This document shows, piece by piece, positions 25,701-38,544 of a stretch of DNA of 64,000 nucleotides (positions are counted from its first letter, which is position 1; each line of letters opens with the position of its first letter). The notes below the pieces were generated by a model. It saw nothing but the letters and a program-made list of their open reading frames with translations, was not told the DNA's origin and did not search any database. Made by a program: the position numbers and the translations under genes. Source of the stretch: the human T2T-CHM13v2.0 reference genome, Homo sapiens; assembly GCF_009914755.1 (NCBI RefSeq), contig NC_060935.1. One strand, given 5' to 3'.

Positions 25701-28700
25701 TAGAATATATTAATTTCTCATCTTTGAGGAAGAATAAGAATATATATATTATTTTCTTATTTTGACAATCAGAGAATATAGATTCAACAATGTTTTGAAA
25801 ACAAAGAAAACTCTTGATAAGTTCAAAAATCCCTGTGAAAATATAAAAAAGCATGCTTTTTATTAAAAATTATAGAAAAATATGAAGAGTACAAATATTT
25901 AACTAAAGTAAAATAAAACGTGTTAAAACCAAAATATATTTCTTTAAAATGTTATTGGTAAATGACAAAGATTCTCATAATAAATGATAAAAACAATAAT
26001 GCATCAAAGAAATACCTAGCACATCTTTTTCTTTTGCAAATAGGGGAAAAGAGAAAAAAAAGCATTGATTTTTAACAATTTAGAAAATTTGGTAAAAATC
26101 AGAGTATTATTTATAATAAATGAAAGTTACAAAATGAAATATTGCTCCCTAAATAACAAAGAAAAAAGAAACAGAGTCTTGAATACATCTTGATTTTGTC
26201 CAAAGAAGTAGACAAAAAATAAGTGATAATAAAAAATTTGAATATTCAGGCTAGTAAGTTTAAATTAATAGATAATACATTAAACTTTATATGTAAATGA
26301 CTTCAACTGACCTTTATAAACCTCAAGTCAGATATACTGAAGTCATATTTTAAACCTTCCTTATACCCTACACCCTATCAACCACCAAGCAAAATGACTT
26401 CTACAACCCAGACATCTTTCAAATGTACCTGCTTCTTTCCACTTCAAAGTTATGAGCCACTAACTGCCACCACTGTAGTCAGCTCTTGCACGAACTACTT
26501 ATTGCTTATGCATTCTCTCTGGTCCCTCTGCATTTTGATTTGCTCCTTGCCAAATTATTCAACATACTGAAGCCAAAATGATGTTTGAAATGAGCAACTC
26601 CTATGCTAGCATCTCACTGCCATTTTCCCATGATGCAGTTACTGACACAAACATACATATATGACATTTTTGTGTGTATGTTTTTCTTCGAGTGAAAAAA
26701 ACAAGAGCTAGATTGATTTTCACTATATTTTAAAAATAAGTGTTCTGATACTCTGACTTGAAAAAATAGGCTTCATGAGATATACAGAACTCATTGTTAG
26801 GAAGCCCCTGAGGGCTTAAAATATAAACAGTCATTCTCCACGGCAGCTTGGAGCATTGATTTGCTATTGAACTAATGCTACATATTGACTTGTGAATACA
26901 CAACTCTAGGGTGTGAAGCAGCAGGTTTATGGCTCTGCTCAGCAATTCCACTTACATTGTATGTCTGTGAATATAAGTTAAAATATTTGAATGGATCAAA
27001 ATCTACCAAATATAGCAGGTAAACCAATGTTTGAATTTTAGAGTATATTCATATCATAATATGTACACACAGTGAGTGCATTAAATGTTACAGAAACCAT
27101 CCTGTGGGAAACAAGAGAGATTTATTCTTGCCCTCATGGGATGTGCAATCTAGGATGACAGGTTAATTATAAACAAATAATTCTATATACAACTTCTTAA
27201 ATTACAACAGTTAAGAAAGGCCCTCTTTTATTGAAATCCTGATTCTCAGCGGTACTCTGCTAATGTAATTGCTGCATAAGAAATCATGGCATGGTCATTA
27301 TTGTATTTGTTGTTGATGCTTAGGTGGTACCAAGGATTCTGGGCTTTCAAAAAAGAATGTTATAATTAGCTCTTTCTTAGCCTTATTATACCTTGTATCT
27401 CTGCATTTGACCCACAGTGATACGTCACATGGTACCATCAGAACAAAAAATGCTTAAGAGTTACATTCTGAAGAAAGCGAACTTTGTTCCAGCACTTTCC
27501 AAAGGAAATTATCTAAAATTTTAGAACTAGAAGAGACATTCCAATTCTAATTATCTTTTCCTCCCCTTTCATGAAGTAAATGAAGCCAAAATAAGTGAAA
27601 TGGCTTGCCAAAGCTCACTGAGCTATTATGTAGCAGTGTCTCTTGATTCTACCACAATAAAATGAAAATCAGGTGCGTTTACTTTTAGAGAGCAAGAGTG
27701 TGAAAATCAGATAACTACTTCTGAGAATCTCTAAATTAATCTTAACTCTTTAGTCTGTTCACTCCATAAATAAATATTTCCTGAGCAACTACCAAGGAAA
27801 ATTCTATGAAGGCTACGAGTTGAATAAGACTTGCTCTATGCCTTTCAGGAGATTAAAATGTAGTTCAAAAGATAAATCAAGCAAATAAATTGTTTTAATA
27901 AACTTGTAATTGAGTAATTAACACACAGCTTGTCACCACTGTAAACTTGGGCTCTTTTTTATTTAGTATCGTTATCAGTTAAATGAGATAAAATATGTAA
28001 AAGCACCTAAAATCGTAGATAATTATCAAATGTTTTTTAAAGTTGTTAACTTCTACAAAACCATTAAAAAATAAAACAAAAAACAGTCTTGGTAAAAGAT
28101 CAAAGAAGTAGGTACCTATTCATTTTAAGTAAAATGCAGAGTTGAACTTTTTCTCTGGATAGTTAAGCAGAATGATACAGAAATCTATGTGATCTGGTCC
28201 ATTTCAGCCTTTGAGGCAGCAGTTTCCCCTCCCATTGAAGTCTCAAAGCCCCAACCTTCATTGTTTATGATTCAGCTGATGGACAGGGCCTGAGCTCCCA
28301 CAGTAATGCACTGATTGCTATTTGCTTCTGGAAATAAATGTGGCTTAACTGAGCTTTATTTATTGATTAGTTGGAATGGACCCAGACTGCCAATGAAGTC
28401 TATAGGAGGAAACAAAGTATGTCTGCTTTGAGAAAGATGTTAAAAATGCCCCTCTAGCTGTGTTGGTGCTGAAACACATCTTCCAATGCCAGGGATGTTT
28501 TGGGATGTCTCCCTTTTTTTTCTATTTAAGCAAGACTATAGGGTTGTGACAAGAAGAGGGCAAATAATACTTGATACCAAACAAATAAATGCATTCAGCA
28601 AACTCTGTCTCACAACTTTGGAGGCAGGGGGAATAATGCCGCAGATGGCAAATTGCCTGACAGGTATAGAAGCTGACAAGGGATCCAACCTTCAATGATT

Positions 28701-29004
28701 ATACAGAATTATTTTCTCTTTAACGCAAAATTCCCAACCCAGAACTTCACTTTATATTATTATTTGCTGTAAGGCTACTGTCAGCTTCAGGGCAGAACTG
28801 TTTCTGAGACTGCAGTGAGCCGCTTAGCCACAGCAGCTGCTTTCAAAACTGGAAGATAACATAAAAGTGAGGAATAACTCCATGTGATTAGGGGAAGAGC
28901 TGTGGGTTAGTTTAAGAGAAAGAACAATCTATGTCAGGAAACCTTACATCTATCTCTCTATTTTAAATGTTCCTAAGTGGACAGTAGACAAAACAATAAC
29001 AGCA

Positions 29005-29225
29005 GCATTAATAACCATCATATATTGAATTTCTTAAGTGTGAAAAGCTTTATATCAATTATTTCTGATTCTCACACAACTCTGTGAGATAGGATTTTTC
29101 CCATTTTGTACATGAGAAAACTGGAGCTCAAAGAAGTTAAATGACTTGCCTCCAGCTATGACGTGGTAGATCCCATATGTAAACATAGCCTGTCTCATTC
29201 CGAAGCTAATGATCCTTTCAAACAT
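29005..29225 (-). mobile_element. MIR SINE
   Basis: 'ctcacacaactctgtgagatagg...cccattttgtacatgagaaaactggagctcaaagaagttaaatgacttgcc'. Confidence 0.8.
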
Positions 29226-29959
29226 CATATTTTTCACAAACATTACTCCTTTCAATGCACACCAAACTTAGGGTAGTTACTACCTCTCAGTGGAAAAGGA
29301 AGAGTATAAAGTTTCAGCTACAATAAGTATAGAGTTTTATTTCTTAAAGGTAATAATATAAAGCAAATATGGCACAATGTTAACATTGAAATTGATTTTT
29401 GTTAATTTTTTCCATAGTTTTATGTGGGTTTGAAGTATTTCATTTAAAAAATTGCTCCCACTAATAAATTATAAAGTTGAACTTCTTAGCTAATGAAATT
29501 TTGCCAGGAATCCAAAACATTACTCATAAAATCAAAATAGGATGGCTTCAATAAGAAATTAAACCCCCTCTTTCCTCTTCCTACCAATAGAGATTAATGA
29601 CTGTCATGAATACAGTCAGTTCCCTTTACAGAGAATAAAGACTTTTTTTGATAATAATTACTACACGTTAGAAAGTTCTTACTTTGAACAATAGTGAGAG
29701 ATCATAAAGAACACCTGAAAGCTGAAACCATGTGAATGGATCTTAACAATCAATGAGAAAAGTTATCATTTAAATATGTTGTTCCTCAACCTTTTAAAGT
29801 TTTGCAAAACATTTAAAACTCTCTTACTGTTGATTACAAATATATAAAGATTTTTAACCTAAAAATATATTTAGCACGTTCTAGTTTAAGCTATTAAAAC
29901 ATTGAGAATTAATATATTTATTTCTTTGTGAAAATCTGATCAAATTTATTTGAACAGTG

Positions 29960-30727
29960 CTTGCCTTCTTCTTAGAGAATAACTTAACAATATGGGATAA
30001 ACATCTTTTCTACACCTTGGTGAACTGTCATACTTTTTTCTAAGTTTGTATCAGCCTCCAACATGTGATCTTTCACATTTTCAATGTAAAAAAAAAATCT
30101 CCTAGAATTCCCTTAATGTGACGTTTTTGTCAGTGTCACGTTCTGAGAAATCTTCACCCTTATTGTAACTATCATATTCATCATTTTTGTTGATAAATTC
30201 ATCTTTACTCAGTTCCTCTTGAAGCATATGTAAACTTTCTGAATAGCAGCAGTATAAATATCACCAGTCAGCTACTTATTCTATAACTTCATTTATATTC
30301 CATTTGAATTTCACTTCCAGCATTATGACTTTTTATTTCTTTGCTGCACTTTCATCTTTGTTGACCAATTTCCTCTTTCAATTGTGTATTTTTGTAAAAT
30401 TTCATGTGGGTTTGCCACTGAGAGTCAAGGAGGCAGTACAACTGTATGCTTTGCTGTCTGTGTGTGAACTGCATAACCAATGTGTTGTGACCAGTTACTG
30501 GCTGACCCAGAAAAAGGGTGATGTGATTGGTCACTGGGTATGTGTACAACTGGTATATAGATAGTGACCTGTAAACTGGACACCTGGCAATTATTCAGTT
30601 ACTCACATTTATAATAATACACTGTTCTAATTGAAATTTGAGCCATGTTATTGGGGGCACTGATTATTTAGCTAATTCTGTACCTATAATTTATGCATTC
30701 TGGAAGCATGCAAAGGGAGGCCTGCCC
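29960..30727 (-). mobile_element. Tigger13a-like DNA transposon (TcMar-Tigger)
   Basis: 'ctttgctgcactttcatctttgttgaccaatttcctctttc', 'tgctttgctgtctgtgtgtgaactg', 'gtgatgtgattggtcactg', and a TIR-like end 'tgcaaagggaggcctgcc'. Confidence 0.8.
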
Positions 30728-31164
30728 ATATTCTTACTGGAAAATAATATTTCTTATGAAACACAGTAGTGGTATATAGGACATGGGTATAGTCTGAGCA
30801 TTCCACTCTAAGCAGAAGAATTTTATCATTGACATTGCACAGAATTTCCAACAGGTGGTGATAATAAAAAGCAGATTAACTAAGTTGCTTTGAATATTTA
30901 ACACAATATATTCATTTTTTGCTAGTACTAAGTGTGGGTCACTCCCACTGCCCTCTACCTTGGCATGCTACTGAAACATGGTAACCCAAAATGTCACAAC
31001 AGTTGAAGCCAAGGCTGGAGACCATTCATGTCAGGGTTATTATTTTTCTGTGCATCAATTTCTACATCTATATAAAGAAGAAATTAATACTTTCTCATCT
31101 TATGAGCTTACTGGTGGGGATAAAATACAATTATATATATATAAACATTTGCTTTAGTATATTA

Positions 31165-31330
31165 AATGAAGTACAGAAATGTGTGGTGAGAAGGCCTAGA
31201 TTCAAGACCCAATCTGCAGCTTATTTACAGGGCAACTTTGGAGAATGCAGTCAGCTTTATGAGTTCCAACTTTCAGTTTTGAAAAAATAAATGTAGAATT
31301 AGTATCTAACTCACAAGATCACTTTTACAC
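31165..31330 (+). mobile_element. MIR fragment
   Basis: 'ggcctagattcaagacccaatctgcagcttattta...gagttccaactttc...taactcacaag'. Confidence 0.5.
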
Positions 31331-31491
31331 CAAATGAGTGCTTTGTTAAAAGCAAAACACCAAAGAAAAGTTCATTGCTCTTATGGTGTAATTGTTATAA
31401 TAAGACATCTTCCATTCACTCTTACTGTGCAATACTTTCTTTTCAATACTCTCTAGTGGAACGCTAATACTAGATGAAGATTATCTGGGAC

Positions 31492-31683
31492 CACTGTACT
31501 GAAGTATGGTCCCCAGACCAGCAGCATCAGGAACACCTGGAAACTAGTTATAAATGCAAACAATTGGGTTCTGCACGTCTAAATTTCTACCAAATCTGAA
31601 ACTCTGGAGATTGAGCCCAGAAATTTGCATTTTATCTAGCCCTCCTGATGATTCCTTCACATGCTGAAATTTGAGAACCACTG
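31492..31683 (-). mobile_element. MER5A (hAT-Charlie)
   Basis: 'gtatggtccccagaccagcagcatcaggaacacctgg...gaaactctgg...tttgagaaccactg'. Confidence 0.85.
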
Positions 31684-32239
31684 CTTTGGGACAGCTTTGG
31701 TTCTAAGACTTGTCTGCATATTGGTATCAACTAGAATGCTTTAAACAACATTGAGTAATACAGCCATATTTTTGGAACCAAAATATGGAACCAAAGCAGA
31801 AGGCAAAACTTAAGTACATAAAATGACAAGATAACAAACGCTAAATCTCAATTTGCCTAATTGCATAATTATGAACATATCAGGGTACAGACATGGTGAA
31901 AACTTCTTTAGCTTCTTCAGAGAAGTCGAGATTCAGGATATCCTAGAAGACAGGACAAATTATTTAAGTAAAAAGAAATAGATTTATATGGGTAAAAAGA
32001 TCATTGACACAATAGCGCTATGAAATCACTCTTGAAAGAAAGTTGCAAGGATGTGAAATGTATAAAGATAAGCCTACTAGCCCAAAGGAATACAATAGTT
32101 GATTGAATTTATTCTGTATTGGTGAAGAGGGATTCTCTCTTTCTTTCTTTTTTTTTTTTTTTTTTTTTATACAAAGATGCTTATAAAGCAACAATCTAGA
32201 AAACGTAGTATTTTTCTCCAACAGATGTTGAACATTTTG

Positions 32240-35010
32240 GTATTATTCCAGGTATGTGAAGATGGTTTAATATTTTAAAATCAATTAATGTTATTCACCA
32301 TATTAACAAGAGAAATAAAAAATACATGAACATTTCACATTTTTTCAGAAAATGCATTTGAAAAAATTGAAAACTTAATCATAATATAAAAACTTTCAGA
32401 ATACTAGAAATACAGGGGAAATTCTTCTAAGACATAAGAAGCATCCTCAAAAATCCTACAACTAAAATCATATATAATTGTGAAAGTCTGAATATTTCCT
32501 CCCCAAGATCAAGAAAAATGCAAAGATGTCTACTCTCACTAGTGCTATTTAACATACTAATAGAAGTTCTGATGAGCGTCATAATGCATGAAAAAGAAAT
32601 AAAAGGCTTAGAGATCAGAAAGAAAGAAATAAAACATTCCCTATCTGCAGTTGATGTATCTATGTAGAAAATCCCAAGCAATCTACAAAAAAGATCACAA
32701 AATGTTACAATAAATTCTAGCCAGGGTTTTAAGACAAATAAAGATAAATGAAATGTATAATACTTGAAAATAAAGAGGTAAATATGATCCCTATGTGCAC
32801 AAAATACAATTTCTATAAAAATGTCAGGATAAGACAATAAAATTTAGTGCATTCAGCAGTTTTTCTGGTACAAGTTCAACCTTCAAATAATGATAGCATT
32901 TTTATAATTCAGCAATAGGTAATTAGAAAATGTTATAATAATAAAATTTTCGTATTTACCAGTTGTAAGTCTAATAAAAGATATAAAGGCATTATTCAAG
33001 AACAGAAAAATACCTGACAAAATGAAGATACAGATTATGTTTGTGGAAAAAATAGTTTAGTGTCACAAAGACAAAATTATTTCTAAACTAACCTATAAAA
33101 TTAATGCAATTATAATCAACATTTTAATGTTTTCCATTTTTTTGTTATAGACCCCACCATAAACTTATTTAGAAATTGGGGAGATATATATATGTAATTA
33201 TATATTACATATATTATATATATTATATATGTCATATTTATAATATATAATATATATTACATAAATTTATATGTAATATATATTATATTACATATATTAT
33301 ATATTACATATATTATATATAATATACATATATATTATATATAATATATGTAATATATATCATATATTATATGTACATATATGTACATATAATATATTAT
33401 ATATTATATATTATATATGTAATATATTATGCTATATTTAATATATGTAATATATAACATATATTATGTTATGTATTATATATGTATGTAATATATATGT
33501 TATATATGTAATATATATAATATATGTAATATACATATATAATTATATATATTATATATTATGGATATTATATATATTATATAATATTATATATAATATA
33601 CAATATATATATTATATATATAATTTGGAAGAAGAACAAGATAGTAGGATTTACCTTACTAAATCAGAATAATGACTCAGAAAGAGAGATATATTTATAT
33701 ATAAATGTGATTTAGGATAGTAGCATTAAGAATTAGTAGGAAATCCTAGGTTACTCAGCCAATGGTATTGGTTAGCACTGTGTAAAATATTAGCCATACA
33801 CTGAAAATAATGTATGTCAGATGGGCTTAAATATTTAATATTTAAATTTTAATACTTTAAATTTTAACAAGTAAATATAAGACAACATTTTTATGACCTC
33901 AAGACGGAAAAATATGTCTTAAAGAATTTATGAAAAGCATGTTATATAAAAGAAATAATGATAAATATGAGTGCATTTAACTTTCTGTGTGCAAAAAAAC
34001 AATTTAAAAGTTTTCAAAATCAAGTCATAAAACATATTTGGAAAGAAAATTACAAAGGAAGAGTAAGCATCAATAATTATTTTAAAATACTGGTAGTACT
34101 AATTATGAAAAGGTATATAATTTAGTGAAATATTGGCGAGGACTATAAAAATGCAATTTATATAAAAGGAAACAAGAATAGCCAAGAAATGGATTAAAAT
34201 ATTTTAATTTCACTCTAACCAGAAAATGCAAATTAAGCAAAGTGAGATTTTCGAAAGAAATACATGACAGATTGACAAAATTTAAATATTGGAACATTCA
34301 ATTAATGGAGATATGAAAAAGTAAGAAATCATATAACACCCTGTTGGGATAATAATAAAATCTCTTTGGAAGCAATTGGTGAGTAAAAGATAAAATAGAA
34401 GAATATGTGTTCTTAGAGTAGCCTCTCTACCTGTAGAAGTGTGAAGAAGTTCTAACACATCTTCGTGGAAATATAAACAGAACTGTTCATATAATTGATA
34501 ATAAAAAATAGAAAAAACTCGAATGCTCATTAGAAAGAAAATGAATAAATGATGTCATATTCATACCTGCAATAAAATGGAGTTATCTGTATCTGTACAG
34601 ATAATTTCCATCAACATTATTTAAAATGAAAGTCTAATATCAGTTTTATAAATTATATAAACATTCATTCAAAAGAAATTATCAACATGCAATGTAAAAT
34701 GTCATATTGTATATTTTTATATGTAAATACGTAGAAGTTATATGTTGCCATAAGCATTGCCTCTCCCTCTCTGTGATGAACAAAATGAATATAAGGTACT
34801 AAATTTCTCAGAGAAAAACAGGAATAATATCAAGGTGAGTATCTTGCGTGTTTCACTTTGATCTGTAGTATTTCGCTTCTTAAGAAATTAATCTGAAGTA
34901 AACCTTATAAATGTTAATATTTTAAAAATTGAATAGGATAAGTGTGATTATTTGGCTTATTACTCTCTATTCTGTGTTTTATATATTTCATAATAAAATA
35001 TATTAAAAGA
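32240..35010 (+). mobile_element. Old L1M ORF2 and 3' remnants (more than one fragment), interrupted by an AT-rich tract
   Basis: 'aaaatcaattaatgttattcaccatattaac', 'caaagatgtctactctcactagtgctatttaacat', 'tatgtagaaaatcccaag', then a more diverged L1ME-type 3' end. Confidence 0.7.
33184..33623. repeat. About 440-bp interrupted (TA)n/(TATAA)n AT-rich repeat
   Basis: Almost entirely A/T, with recurring units such as ATATATTAC, ATATATT and GTAATAT. Confidence 0.95.
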
Positions 35011-35684
35011 GAAAAAATGATAATTTAAATCTCTACCATGAACATGTTTCTTTAAAATATGTTTTCAACATGTATACCATATCCTTTCTTCCTCCTGCAA
35101 AAGTTCACCATGATTAGGAAGTGTGAGACTGAAAAGAAAAATTTCCTTTTTTTTCTAGAGGCAATTAAATTTAACACCTGGCCGCCTGTTAATCAAAGCA
35201 TTGAGATCACTTATTCTCTTGACAGATCTTTCTTCTTCTTCAGGTTTCCCATTTCACACAGCAGAGAATCAGCTTTGCTGAAATTCACAACTAATTTCCA
35301 GAGTATAAAAGAACTACTTTGTCCAAAATGCCATATAACCACATTTTCTAATGCACCACAAAAAACAAAAAAACACTACTTTTTCACTACAGCTTCGCTG
35401 CAAAAATACATATAAACCCAATATATGAAAAGTGTGATAAGCAAATTACCTTTCTTAAACAAACTAAACACATATTTCAGCTCTAGGATTTAATTTTTAA
35501 TACTGCACCTATCCCACACAACCCATAAAGTTTTTACAATAAATTTTGGATTCTAAATTCATAAAAGCAGGCTAGAGGTATTAGTGGGATCTCTGGGTTT
35601 TTACTCCCTTCTATTCTTTTATCCTTTCTGTCACAAAGTCTAAAAGTAAGGACTTTCTTCAGTATGGGTTATATCAACTTTACC

Positions 35685-35850
35685 AGTCTCAAGCTAGAAG
35701 AAACCTCAGAGAATTTGATGATGAAGACATCATTGTGAAGATGAGCTAAATCCTAGAGAAAGCAAATGGTTTGCTCTAGGACATACTTCCAGAGCAGACA
35801 AGAGCCAGGGCTATAATCCAAATAAATCTCCTGGTCCAAGAACTGCTCGT
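35685..35850 (-). mobile_element. MIR fragment
   Basis: 'cattgtgaagatgagctaaatcctagagaaagcaaatggtttgctctaggacatac...agagccagggcta'. Confidence 0.5.
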
Positions 35851-36900
35851 GACATGACAGTTCGTACGGTCGGGGTCTTTCAATACTCACAGCTATCACC
35901 ATAAACCAAAATAAGTGATCTTATCTCATTTTTAAACTTCTAGATGGTCTGCCTAACTTCAGGCTCTGCTTCAATATTATTTTCGTGTTATTTTATTATG
36001 TTTTTATTATAGAATAGGCTCCTCTGTTAAACTCTCACGGTCCTCTGTAATCTTGCCCTAACTTTATTTCCTTCTTTTCCGTATTCTCCTTCATTTTATA
36101 TTAAATATCCTCTTTAGAAAGGATTAAATCATGTGTGACTTTCAATTATATTGACTGTATTTTCTCTTAAATTCATAAAGTCCTACCCATTATTCTAGAC
36201 ACATATTAATTCCTATCCAATCTATAAAATTTTCTCAGACTACATTCAACCATAATTTTACTATCACTTGATTACCATACTTACATTCTATTTTGCAAAA
36301 TTAACTATTTAATTGTTTACTGATTATCTCAAATGCATTGTTGGTTTCATCACCAATTATTTTCCAAACTCCCTTAAACCTAGTAATATATCATATGTTT
36401 GCTTTGTAATCTCCACAGTCTAACACAATGGTAATTGATGATCCATAACAAGTGCTCAGAAACTACTTGTAATTGACTAAACTTAATTTATAAATTCAAA
36501 TTACAGATGATGACTAGTACATGAAGTAGACAGTATATTGCTAAATGATTTGGATTGGCTGCCTGCAATGTACCAGATCATGAGGGTCAATTGTTTGCCC
36601 CACATAGCTCCCAGAAAGGGCAGCACACATGACCACACATTTTCACTGAACAGGGCTGGAATATACAATCCATGGACACTGTAGATTTTTCCACTTGGGA
36701 AGTTTAAATGGAAGACAAAGGTATTAACCCCATAGTGGAATGATTCTTTATTGATAAAAATCCATGCAGTTTTGAGACCAGAGTTTACGTTAAGACAAAT
36801 CATAACCATATTCAATATATAGTTTTAGGAAAGATGATACAAAGAGTGAGCAGAGAAGCTGGTTTCCAAAAAGGAGAACGCAATAAACAAGGTGATCAAA

Positions 36901-37006
36901 AAGGGAGGCACGGAGGGAGGGAGGGAGAGAGGGAGGAAGGGAGGGAGGGAGGAAGGAAGGAAGGAAGGAAGGAAGGAAGGAAGGAAGGAAGGAAGGAAGG
37001 AAGGGA
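36901..37006. repeat. (GGGA)n followed by (GGAA)13
   Basis: 13 uninterrupted GGAA units at 36951-37002, preceded by degenerate GGGA units. Confidence 0.97.
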
Positions 37007-38544
37007 GACCACGGTATGTGTGGGGGGGTGTGTGAACGTGTGCATGCATATGTGTAAGAGAAAGATAGATAACCTGAGAAAGATGAGTTCCTGACAATCT
37101 ATTTCCAATCTCATAAGACCCAGTTACACATTGTTACTTGTTCTTCATGTTAATGAGATTGCTTGTCAATTTCACGTAATAATTAAAATTTCCCTCCACC
37201 CACATTTCAGCAAATTTTATTGGGTTTATTTTCCTTGTAATTCATATTCTAATTTATCTTTATTTCTGTGAATTGAAAACTAAATTTGAAGTCTTATTTT
37301 CTTAGCTAAAATCTGATATTTAGCTGGATCTTCAGTCAATGACCCTCAATATTTTATGATTCTACATTTGTTTGCAGCTAATCCTTTACTCCATCCATCT
37401 CTTTACTATACCTTACCTCTGTGTAGTTAATAAAGAAGAAAATAAACAGAAATCGAAGAAAAAAATGTTATGCTACTTGATATCCGTTTGCGTTTCTGAG
37501 GAAAATATTCTATTTATCTTACAATTATTTAAATTTTACTCATTGAAATAATTTTATTAAAATTAATTGGGTAGAATAATTTCCAATTCAGGTCTTTTAT
37601 CAAACCATTCTAAACAGCAGGTTTAATTGCCGTCAACTGGTGCATTTAGAAGCAGCATTCACTACATAAGACGTTAGTCATTTCTGGTGTTTTGTTTATT
37701 AATACTATGTCAGTAATACACTAACATCAGTTTCTAAAATAATATTAACACACATTGGCTCAAATTAATATGCTTATCTGTGTCGTTTTGAAATTAAAGT
37801 CTTCACATGTTAATAGAGGAGACATAAACTGGACCAAAGAATGGAAGACAGTACAAGAGACACTTATTGATAACATATTAAATATGAGTGTGTATAAGCA
37901 TGTATTATTTATAAATGTAGATATATTTGCATGCATATATGGGTGTATTTAATCATGTTTAATGTGTGAGTATAGATGTGCACATATATGCACATACACA
38001 AAATCTTACTGGCTTTTGTAACTTCTTATACTCCTATTATTTCAAAAAGGCCAGCATCTTCCAAAAAAAAGTAGGTGAAAACACTTTATAAAGAATAAAA
38101 AACTATGTATACATATATGAGAACTATGTATAAATATATATAGCTATGATGATAAAGAAGAAGGGGATAATTATGAGGAGGACGAAGAAAAATACAAAGA
38201 ATATCTGCTTTGGGTCATGGGAGAAGATAGCTCCCTTTACATATGATCAATTTATCAAAAAGTAAAGATTGCTTTTCCATGAACTAAAATCTTGAGCAGA
38301 GCTACTGTCAAGAGAAAATGACTTGATACTCTCTTGACATATCAGCGTGAACTGTAAAACAGATAGATAGATGGTATCTGAGACCTGGGAGAAGAGGGAC
38401 TGACTGTCTCACTAATAACTCCATTGCCTCTTCAAGCAAAAAGTTTAATAAAATATCTTTTGAGACTACATGTATTCTAACTTTTGAGTGTAGTCTGGTC
38501 CTTTTGAAATATTACATTTAACAGATTTTCTTAATTTTAACCCA

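Noticed and set aside
33466-33672. Ile/Tyr-rich ORF
   Set aside because: It is a translation of the AT-rich repeat.
36825-37114. ORFs with GRKE or PSFL repeats
   Set aside because: They are translations of the GGAA microsatellite.
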